A stretch of 64,000 nt of DNA from Gekko japonicus (lineage: Eukaryota), in assembly GCF_001447785.1 (NCBI RefSeq), contig NW_015172553.1:1900128-1964127 (forward strand), written 5' to 3'. The notes below the pieces were generated by a model. The model did not search any database and was not told the origin of the DNA. It saw nothing but the letters and a program-made list of their open reading frames with translations. Positions 48,601 to 58,186 of the stretch are shown here, one piece after another; position 1 is the stretch's first letter; each line of letters starts with the position of its first letter. The translations under genes and the position numbers were made by a program.

Positions 48601-51600
48601 TTTCTTAGCTTGCAATCAAGTGCTTGACGAATCGCAGGTGACGTTGTCTTTCCAGGAGTGGCTGGCCAGCGTCACTGAACGCATCCATCAAGCCATGCAT
48701 TACCAGTTTGATGGTAAGTCAGGAGGCACTCAGGCCAACCGCCCTGTCTTCCTTGATTTTGATTTGATTTATTTGATTTATACCCCAGTCTTCCTGCTAA
48801 GGCAGGCTCAGGGTGGCTTCCTTGAATGGTTGTCCATATCAATGGATTACACTTATAAGAGGGAGTCTTCCTGCATAGCCTTTGTATATATAGTGATTTT
48901 TCCAAACAGAGGTAGAATTACCCTCTCTCTATTTTGCTTCTGAGTGCCAAACTAGATATTACAGCATCCACAGGGCGGACACCCAAGCCATGTTAGAGAA
49001 GCATTTGGCCATTTAAAAGTGCCCCCCCACACACACACACTGTTTTGGCACTTGAAAAGGTGTGGGGATGAGGACAAGATTGCCTGGCCCCACTGTGCTG
49101 TGGGCCCAATCAGGACCTGGGCCTTCACAGCATTTTTTAATGAGACGGAAGAATGGCTTAACAGCCGCAAAGTCAGTTGGGAAGCACACTTGGGAAGTTT
49201 AGCTTGCATGAATCTCTCTCTCCCTCTGCTTTATCAAGCTCTAAAGCAGGAGTCGCCAGCGTGATGCCCATGGGCGCAGTGGCACCCACTTACACTTTTC
49301 CTTGTATCCGCCAAGTGTTTTTAGAAAATGGGCAGAGCCAGGTGGGGTTTTTGCCAGTGGCTTCTGATTGGCCTTTGGAGATTTGATCATGATGGAGTGA
49401 TCAGTGTGTTTCTACCCAGGTTTGCATTTTAAAGTTTTGTGACATGAAAGCCTTTCCTTTTTCTTAGCTTGCAATCAAGTGCTTGACGAATCGCAGGTGA
49501 CGTTGTCTTTCCAGGAGTGGCTGGCCAGCGTCACTGAACGCATCCATCAAGCCATGCATTACCAGTTTGATGGTAAGTCAGGAGGCACTCAGGCCAACCG
49601 CCCTGTCTTCCTTGATTTTGATTTGATTTATTTGATTTATACCCCAGTCTTCCTGCTAAGGCAGGCTCAGGGTGGCTTCCTTGAATGGTTGTCCATATCA
49701 ATGGATTACACTTATAAGAGGGAGTCTTCCTGCACAGCCTTCGTATATATAGTGATTTTCCCAAACAGAGGTAGAATTACCCTCTCTCTATTTTGCTTCT
49801 GAGGGCCAAAATAGATATTACAGCATCCACAGGGTGGACACCCAAGCTATGTTAGAGAAGCATTTGGCCATTTAAAAGTGCCCCCCCCCACACGCACACA
49901 CACTGTTTTGGCACTTGAAAAGGTGTGGGGATGAGGACAAGATTGCCTGGCCCCACTGTGCTGTGGGCCCAATCAGGACCTGGGCCTTCACAGCATTTTT
50001 AAATGGCTGAGTTCTTCTCTAAAATAGCATCAGCGTGCATGAGTGTGCTAGGTTTGGCCCTGAGACGGAAGACTGGTTTAACAGCCACAAAGTCAGTTGG
50101 GAAGCACACTTGGGAAGTTTAGCTTGCATGAACCTCTCTCTCCCTCTGCTTTATCAAGCTCTGAAGCAGGAGTCCCCAGCGTGGTGCCCATGGGCGCAAT
50201 GGCACCCACTTATACCTTTCCTTGTATCCGCCAAGTGTTTTTAGAAAATGGGCAGAGCCAGGTGGGGTTTTTGCCAGTGCAGCTTCTGATTGGCCTTTGG
50301 AGATTTGATTGGCTGTTCAGGGTTTTTTCAGTGTTTCTTTGGCAGCCATGGATCTTCACTGTGTGACTGAAAGTAAGCTGCAGCAGCCATGTTGTGTCTG
50401 GCTTCACCTCCCATGGCAGCTGTTTTTTGGCAGCCATTTTGCGGCTGTGCCCACCACGCTGAGTCAGAATCCCAAAGGTCCTCGCAAGCAGTGTTCCCTC
50501 TAAGCTGAATTAGTGTGAGCTAGCTCACAGTTTTTTAGCCTCCAGCTCACACATTTCTGTCTTAGCTCAGGAAGGATGGCTCCAGAGCAGACTGATTTAT
50601 GCAGCAGCCAAATCGCTTGCTCACAACTTTAATGCCAGTAGCTCACAAAGTAGAATTTTTGCTCACAGGACTCTACAACTTAGAGGGAACGTTGCTCGCA
50701 AGCTGAAAAAGGTTGGGGACCCCTGTTCTAAAGCTGAAGCCACTACAGGACCGTGTTAATTGCTTGGAATCCTTTAGAAGTTCTCATCCTCTCCCCACAA
50801 GAGGGTGCTCATGTGTCACAGATTCAGTGACACTAAAGGAGAAGATTATACCTAGCATGTGCAGGGCTGGAGCATTATGAAGAACGGGAAGGCCCTGCTT
50901 ATGATCTCATTTATTTGGAAAAAGGAAGATGTTTCTTTAGCGTAATTGAATCTGCAACCCACTCCCTCTTGGCTAAAACACCATTCAGTTTATGCAAAGG
51001 AGTTCCTGCTACAAAAAGAGCCCTGACTGTTTATATAACTGCAAAGCCAGGCTTAGGTTCTGTGTGAGTGCATGGGACCTGTTTTTGATGACTTCGGCCC
51101 CAACACCACAATTGTCAGCTTGAGCAGGTGCCTTTATTTTCCATGTTAAATTTTTACCATGTTTTTATTGAGCAGAATTCCTACATGAACCCGCAAGTTA
51201 GTTAACATCTAGCCAGTGAGCCCTTCTGATGGTACTGACATCTTGTCCAACATAGTTGGCAACAGCATTTGTGCATTTGTTGAAATCCCCTCAGTTCTGG
51301 AACAGGCTTCCTGGAAGACTGCTTCTCTCTTGTCATTTCGTAAAGGATGTAAAACCTTCCTTTTCAGGCAGGCACTGAGATAAACATGGGGTCATTTTCT
51401 GCTTCAAATATTTTTATGTTAGGTGTTTCGGATTGTTTTTATGGATTCTTATAAGCCGCTTTGAATGAAGCACTGACATTTTTGTAAACCAAAGGAATAA
51501 ATACAGATTTGAGAAACATTTAGATTTTATTTCTAAGAGGTCCATCTGCAATTGCATCGCAGTCTGGCATTTTCTGTTTTAAAACCCTTCTCCCTCCTAT

Positions 51601-54600
51601 TTCTGTTACTTGTGCGGTTCCTTTTTCTCTCTCTTTTTTGACAGTCACCAAGGCATTGATTCCCAGTACGCGCGTAGCAAGAAGGCATGGAGCATGTCCA
51701 TTCGTAAGCAGAGTTATACCCTTCTAAGTCCATTGAAGTCAATGAGCATAATGGGTATAGCTCTCCTTAGAATGGCTCTATATGTTAATTAAGAACCTAA
51801 AAGTTTAAATGAATTCATTAAAATTCATTAAAAAACAATTAAAGGCCTAATATAGCCTTAACTTAGATTAAAAACATACAGTAAAACAAAGACCTTGTGC
51901 GACCCTGACCAGACACATTTCGGTCATATAGCCTTCTTCAGTGGTCAAGCATAAAAATTACACAGTGTCTCCAGACATTGCAAAAATATTACAATAATAA
52001 ATCAATATAGGACCAAGTTGGAATTATGTATTAATCCATACCCGTGGCTTAAGGCAGAGATATGTTAGGGAGGCCTCAACTGAATTCAGTTTGTGCGCAA
52101 GTCAGGTGCACATTTCCTGAATGGTAGTTCAGTTGTGTATCTCCCTGATTTTGGTCCAAAGAAATCAATCCAAAGTGCAGTATGGAGCCAATGTGGCATA
52201 GTAATGTATAGACATCCCCCCCCCCCTATTTTTGTTCTTGTGGCTCTGTATGTTGCCATGAAGGATGCAGGTGCTACTCGGTGCCCAGCTGCATTTGAAT
52301 GCTCTTCTTTCACTACCGATACTATACTAACCCAAAAGGAGAGTGGCCAGGCTTGTGTGGTTTCCCTTTTGGTGGTAGGGCTGCCGGTACAGTGCAGTGG
52401 CAATGGGGCTTTCACCTGGCAGGTTTCCCTGCAGTGCCCCTACCCAAGCAGTGACCATTCCCCCTCCTGTGGGTCACTGGGGCTTTTCCAATTTTTTAAT
52501 TTAAAAATCAGCAATTAAATATTATAATATTGATATAATGTAATGGCGACACTTGTATCAGGTTTTCTGAATTCCCAGGTTTTTAAAAAGTAAGTCTGTT
52601 GCCCTTTTTGTTGCTGAGATGTGTCTTTCCCCTGACATCTCCACAATGAAAGGGGCTAGAGATGTACTTTTTTAAAGGGAAAAAAATGGGAACTGGGAAT
52701 TCAGAGCATCTTATACACACATTTCTATTATTCAATTGCCAGTTTAAAACAAACAAAAAAGGCTCCCAATGGAAGGGGAAGGAAATCCCCCTAAGAGGGT
52801 CAGATAAAATAGCTACCATGTGGGTGAAAAAGATCCAAACTTTCCCTCCCACACAGCAGCCAATCCAGGTTTTACAGCAGTCTTTCCCCAAACTTCACAA
52901 TGAAGCAGGTTTGGGAAAGACTAGAAGAAAGCTGGGGAAACCCTGCAAGGTGTACAAATGCGCCATGAATCTGTGGAGGAGCAGGGGGGAAAACTTGCTT
53001 TCCAACAGCATTGAACTTGGGGCAAATACCCTGTGTGGAAATTACTGAAGACTTCCTTCCTTCCTTCCTTCCTTCCTTCCTTCCTTCCTTCCTTCCTTCC
53101 TCCCTCCCTCCCTCCCTCCCTCCCTCCCTTGTAATGACCTTTCTCTCTCTCCATATCAAAAGTTCAACCAAGAATACCCCTCTCCCCACTCCATGTATTT
53201 GCAGGCATTACGCAGCATGATCACACAGAGATGGTTCCTCTCTGAAGCTTGCCTTAAAAAGCCCACCCTCCCCTTGTGAAGACATCTGTTTATTCACCAC
53301 TTGTTAATCTTTGCACTACCCATTAAAGCAGAGATGAATGGTTTTTGTTTGTTTGATTTAATGCTCATGACTTTTAATCTGTGATCAGTCCTTAGAACTG
53401 ACCTTTGTCTCAGATAAAATTCTATATGGGTATTTTTTTCTTTTTCAAACCCCTTCTTGTTTGTATGCATGTGTGTGATTTTATACAGGCAAGCCAGAAC
53501 CGCTGGTATTCCATATCCCACAGTCTTTCTTTGAAGCCCTGCAACAGAGGATTTCTGTTGGGAGCACCAAGAAGCTGCTCCCAAATTCGACCACAGGTAT
53601 CTAATCTTTATAGCCCCTTCCCCCCCCCAAGCCAGTTGTGATAAAAATCAACTGCATCGTCGTCATGGGTCAGACAGGTTGAGCCAGTTTTCCCACAAGA
53701 GCTGGACTTTTGTTATATAGAAAGGAGCAGATGATTGGAGGGGACTGCAGCTGACAAGGCCTGGTTTTCAGGATCCTGTAACTATAGAATGGAGCTGAAG
53801 CAAAAAAAACCTTCATAAAACCTTACGGTATGTTTGCAAGCCTTAACAGTTAGCTTGAAAGTTGAAATTCCTAATAAGTTCATTTGCTTCCAGCTTTTGT
53901 CCGGAAGGACGCCTTGCCCCTGGGTACCTTTTCCAAGTATACCTGGCACATTACCAACATCTTGCAAGTCAAACAAATCTTTGATACTCCTGAGGTAAGA
54001 CTTATTTGTCCAGGACCTTCCTCTGTTATCCAAATAGGGTTGGAAGGGATTGATGGAGGGAGGGAGGGGGAATCCAAGTATGTCCATTCAAATAAGCAGT
54101 AGATTGTTGTCTGTAGGTCTAGATTTGATTGATAAGGGCCTGACCTTGTGTGGTGTCCTGTGGTTTGGCATCAACATTCTAGAACTGTCTTGTGGCCGCA
54201 CTCCAGGACTGTTGCATTCTGAGGCTACAGGAGGTGATCAGGCACCCGGGAAAGGAACAATTTTGTCCTGTTTTCAGCCCCTGCTCTTGGTTCCCCTTCC
54301 CAGATGCCCTTGGAAATTACCCGCAGCTTTATTCAGAACTGGGATGGCACTTACGAGCCCTTCAGGTGCCCCAAAGTTGAGGTGGAAAGCATCCCGGAGA
54401 CTTATGGCCGTCTGGAGAAGCAACCAGTTCTCCGGCCCTTGGAGCTGAAAACCTTCCTGAAAGTTGGTGAGTCCACAACTCGGTCCATTTGCAGCTGGCC
54501 TTAGGGGAGTGGCGTGCAAAAAGAGAACCTCGCTTCCCCCATGTGTGACATAGGAAGAGGCTCTCTAATGCTCCTTTCTGGTTTCCCTCCTACCAGGCAA

Positions 54601-54805
54601 CACCTCTCCTGATCAGAAGGAACCCACGCCTTTCATCATTGAGTGGATCCCTGATATCCTCCCCCAGTCCAAAATCGGCGAGTTGAGGATTAAGTTTGAA
54701 TATGGCCACTACAGGAATGGCCACACCACTGAATACCAGGAGCAGCGGCCTTCCCTGGAACAGGCTCTGGAGCTCATGCCTCTCACCACCATCACATTTC
54801 CTTGA
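41848..54805 (+). CDS. C2orf42: C2orf42 orthologue (N-terminal treble-clef zinc-finger protein); 573 aa with one copy of the duplicated exon, 608 aa with both
   Basis: join(41848..42670,43921..44031,47111..47212,48609..48713 and/or 49468..49572,53489..53596,53894..53994,54304..54466,54597..54805). Reads [48 protein letters not shown]...[15 protein letters not shown] introns; lies downstream of TIA1 as in mammals. Confidence 0.93.
43536..43812 (-). mobile_element. Full-length squamate tRNA-derived SINE (Sauria/Squam-like)
   Basis: Minus strand starts cagtttggtgtagtggttagg (A box), has a B-box-like gggtttgattccc, and ends in a (ctt)n tail. Confidence 0.8.
43921..44031 (+). CDS. C2orf42: C2orf42 coding exon 2
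   Basis: [37 protein letters not shown] (basic NLS-like run). Confidence 0.88.
44060..44280. mobile_element. Penelope-like inverted pseudo-LTR relic containing a minimal hammerhead motif
   Basis: A minus-strand CTGAAGA...GAAA core at 44104-44141 faces a partial plus-strand copy at 44168-44235. Confidence 0.65.
44833..46586 (+). mobile_element. ORF1-only L1-like retroelement (half-L1/HAL1-like) with 15-bp TSD
   Basis: CpG-rich 5' UTR; coiled-coil + RRM-like ORF1 at 45393-46287 (frameshifted near 45870); AATAAA near 46558; TSD aaaaaaagttatgtc at 44818-44832 and 46587-46601; no ORF2. Confidence 0.8.
45393..46287 (+). pseudogene. L1-type ORF1p, frameshifted
   Basis: Heptad-rich N-half, then [47 protein letters not shown] and [13 protein letters not shown], which resemble L1 ORF1p RRM and C-terminal motifs, in two overlapping frames. 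Confidence 0.75.
47111..47212 (+). CDS. C2orf42: C2orf42 coding exon 3
   Basis: [34 protein letters not shown]. Confidence 0.88.
48609..48713 (+). CDS. C2orf42: C2orf42 coding exon 4, copy A
   Basis: [35 protein letters not shown]; 105 nt, phase 1/1. Confidence 0.8.
49468..49572 (+). CDS. C2orf42: C2orf42 coding exon 4, copy B
   Basis: Nucleotide-identical to copy A with identical splice sites. Confidence 0.8.
50167..50725. mobile_element. hAT-type MITE (CAGGGGTCCCCA family) carrying a nested MITE
   Basis: Ends caggagtcccca / tggggacccctg; flanks ctctgaag / ttctaaag. Confidence 0.78.
50489..50694 (+). mobile_element. ~206-bp hAT MITE, nested, with perfect 8-bp TSD
   Basis: TSD CTCGCAAG at 50481-50488 and 50695-50702. 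Confidence 0.88.
51907..51946 (-). ncRNA. Degenerate minimal type I hammerhead ribozyme motif (Penelope-like element relic)
   Basis: GACCA-CUGAAGA-AGGCUAUAUGACC-GAAA-UGU-GUC-UGGUC with a 5-bp stem I (GACCA/UGGUC). Confidence 0.55.
53053..53128 (+). repeat. (CTTC)n(CTCC)n compound microsatellite
   Basis: Pure pyrimidine tetranucleotide run. Confidence 0.95.
53489..53596 (+). CDS. C2orf42: C2orf42 coding exon 5
   Basis: [36 protein letters not shown]. Confidence 0.93.
53894..53994 (+). CDS. C2orf42: C2orf42 coding exon 6
   Basis: [34 protein letters not shown]. Confidence 0.94.
54304..54466 (+). CDS. C2orf42: C2orf42 coding exon 7
   Basis: [54 protein letters not shown]. Confidence 0.94.
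54597..54805 (+). CDS. C2orf42: C2orf42 terminal coding exon
   Basis: [42 protein letters not shown]...PLTTITFP*. Confidence 0.94.
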
Positions 54806-55860
54806 ATGTGAGCGTTCATTGCACAGCTTGGTTTGCACAGCCCCCCACTCCGCAGCTGCTTGGCATAGTGCCGGTTATGAGTAGCCAATCGACTGGAGAG
54901 GTTGCTGGAGCTCAGTGAGGCTTATAGTACCATGGTAAATTCTCCCTGCGTCCCGCAGGCACCATATTCCATTTCTGCTCTCTCTGAAATTCTTCCCAGT
55001 GGTCTCCATTTCCAGGATTGCAAAGGAGACTGCTCACAGATGGGGCAGAACATTTGGCTGTTCTACTGAACTGTAATTCCTTTACTGGTTTACCTTGCAA
55101 TATATTTTTTAAAAATAAATTAAGACGGACCGACCCCAGTGTTCTCAGTTCAGTCTCTCACATGGTCACGAGAAAAATGAAGAGGAATATACAATCTCTT
55201 GTCAGTTGCTGGCAATTGTAAGTCTGAAATATGCAGGTCGAAGTGGTTCCTGTCCTAATTTACCTCTCCTCAGACATGTCAAAAACCCAGGATGGAGTAA
55301 ACAGGGTGCTGTCTCAGGCTTGCTGTCTATAGCAAACGGCGCATAGCTTGCTGACGGAGGAGCCAGCAACCCTGGAAGCGAACTTCTCAGCAAAAGTGAA
55401 GTGTATCAGCTATGACCCTGGAGCACAGGGGGTCGATTGAACCTTAAGTTAGTTGAAATGAAGACAGTAGGTAGCTTGTTTCTGAGTTCTGAAGTAGAGA
55501 GGGGGTGGGGGAAATGATCCGGGCAAAGTTACAAAGGCCACAGGGCTGCCACCAAAAACAGCAGCCCTGAGTCAGGTTCCTCCCCAACTTCTGAAGTACA
55601 GTTTACCTTATGGTACAGTCACACAGTCATCTCTCGCATCGCTACCCACCACCACTTCATTGATGTGATGTAGGATTCCAAGAAAATACAGGTCCTAAGA
55701 TCATTGGGACACAGGTAAGTTGAACTCCACATTACACAAAGGTGAGGAGGAAACTGGAGGAATGCCACGTTTTGGGGCCGACCCAAAGAATTTGCGACAT
55801 GGGCCTATTCTGCATCTAACATTCGCTCCACTGTTTGCGACTCATAGAATTTGCAACATG

Positions 55861-56194
55861 GGCCTATTCTGCATCTAGCATTCGTTCCACTGTTTTACCA
55901 AACCCACCCTGGAACAGAAATTCCCCTCTACATTGCATGCCACTTTCACTTTCTTTGATTGTCGGATTTTATGGTAGCCTCCACACTGCGTGCCCGGTTT
56001 CAATTCCTTTGCTCTCTTGGTTTTATGGTACTGTCTGCATAGATTTATGGCTATTTTATGGCTGTTCAGGGGTGACTCCGCAGTCAGTACAGTGTTGGCT
56101 TAGGATATTTGAATGTGGTTTTGAGCAGCATCTTTTTCTGTTCCAGTGTGGGTTTGGTACAACAATGGAGCAAATGCTAGATGCAGAATGGGCC
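55861..56194. mobile_element. MITE with ~60-bp TIRs (PIF/Harbinger-like ends)
   Basis: 55861-55920 is inverted at 56135-56194; left end partly tandem-duplicated at 55788-55846. TSD not clean. Confidence 0.6.
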
Positions 56195-58146
56195 ATTGAG
56201 TCTTGCCCTGGGTGGAGCTGTGAGTGTAAGAAAGTGTTGGCTAGTGACACTAGAGGGCAGTGTTTGGCCTAGGGAGCAAACAAGGCTGTTTCTCCAGCAT
56301 TCCTTGGCCGCCTTTTTGATGGGAACCTGACAAAAGATACCAAGCAGCCCTTCCTTCACGAGAAGTAACAAGCACAGCACAGCTCAGCTCAACTTGCGAC
56401 TGGGTTTTCTGAACAGGCAACTTCCTTGTACTGTGATGTTCATGTCATTTACATTAATTAAACTACCCAATTTAGTTTTAATTGACATGACACCTGATGG
56501 ATCACCTGAAATTTATCTCCAGAATTGTTAATACAATGACTACCAAGTCATTGGTCTCATCCAGTAAAGGATCCGTGAATCTCCCTTGGTGACAGAGAGA
56601 TACAGGGGAAATTGCTGGCCTTTGTCATTTCAGTGGAGAGATACCATTTATTCTTTCTTGGTCCCAGGAACTAGGGTACAAGCTGACACCAAAGGCTCCG
56701 TGTTACAGCTTCTTGCCTGCCAGTATAAAGCACAGGAATGCTGGTGAAAAGCCTTAAAATCATGGCCTGAAATATCTCCCCACCACCACCTTTTATTTTG
56801 TAACATCTAGCCTGATTAAGAATTGCAATGAAGTTGAAAGCTTGCAGTTTTGTGTTATTTTGGTTGGTCCTAATAAAGGTAACATGTGAGTTGTGCTTTG
56901 GTTTTGGATTTGGATTTTGGACCAGCACTGCTGCAAACAATTTTTGTTTAAAATTAATTCACTATCAACTTTTGCTGTGGCTCAGCACTGGCCTTCCGTC
57001 CGTATAGAGGAGTGAAGCTTCTGCCCCTGGGAATTTATTTATTCGATTTATACCCTGCCTTCCCCGCCGAGGCAGGCTCCGGGCGGCTAACAAGGCCTTT
57101 TGGCTTCATACACAATCAAATAATAAAACCATTTAAACAACTCAAAACCAGTTCAAATCAGAGGGTGAACTGTTCTGCTTCTACTGTTTGAGTTGTACAG
57201 TTGTGCCCCCCCCCCTTCCCCAATCCAGTTACTTAGCAGTAAGCTGCTCACTGAATTCAGTAGGACTTTTGCATCTGTCTTTTGGATTGAAGCATATACC
57301 TCTTAGCCCCATCCTTGTTAAAAGCACACTGCATCCTAATATCTGGTTACACAACTTTCAGCTGAACAATCCATAAAATAATTTCTCCACCTGCTAGGTA
57401 AATCTCCAAATTCTGCAAAAAGTCCAATGGAGGACTGGTCACAAATCAGAAAACAAGTAAACCTGGAAATAAAACATAGCACACATTTGATTTGGCAAAT
57501 GTAGCTGTTTTATTAAGACAAGCGGAAGGAGCATTCCCAGATAAACTTGCAGAGCATTCCCAGATAAACTCGCAGAGCATTTCTCACCATCATATAAAAA
57601 TGCCATTGCCCTTAAAAAAATAAAAGCAAGCTCAGCTTGTGTATAAAACCTATCTTTTACAATTCAACTTGCACTTCCTGAATGTACATTGCTCTAGTTG
57701 TGCCTGCTTAGCTGCTTCCTCCTGCTTTTAATGTGGCATTTTGCTGCTAAATTGCAGGTGCAAGAAATGTCCCAAGGGGAGGTTCCTCTTTCTCAGGGAC
57801 ACGCTGGCCTCAACACTGCAGAGTTCCCAGTGGGGTTGGTGCCACTCCTTGCTTTGCAGTTCTGTGTGGATGGATTAGAGGATGGAGCGGTTAATCACTG
57901 GCAGGTATCAGGATCAAGTGACTGCTGGATGTGTATCTGATCCCCTTCCAAATCTCCCTGGAGACACAAACCCTTTCATCACTGACCACTGATGTTTCTT
58001 TTGCTGCTGTTCTGTCACCCAGAGAAGATCAGGAGGTACTGCGCTAGCAAAATTAACTTGGCTGAGCTAGATATGAAATGCAAAAAGCTGATTCGACTAT
58101 TTCCCCAACTTCAAGATTGTGGGAAAGCATGGCATCACTTGCAGAA

Positions 58147-58186
58147 TTACTGAGTCTTGAAAGGGTAGTACTTATGCTCGCCCATC
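58147..58186 (-). CDS. AKR terminal coding exon
   Basis: MGEHKYYPFKTQ*; acceptor cttttgttctag. Confidence 0.85.

Larger units (their letters stand above)
48528..50309 (+). repeat. Tandem duplication (units 48528-49387 and 49388-50309) containing a C2orf42 exon
   Basis: Units align end to end with roughly 20 substitutions (counted by eye), small indels and one ~58-bp indel. Confidence 0.95.

Noticed and set aside
52872-53220. ORFs with EGRK or LPSF repeats
   Set aside because: Translation of the tetranucleotide microsatellite.
57880-58045. Alternative AKR terminal exons
   Set aside because: 58147-58186 gives the family-typical HKYYPF ending in the right phase; the other acceptors give unrelated peptides and probably lie in the 3' UTR.
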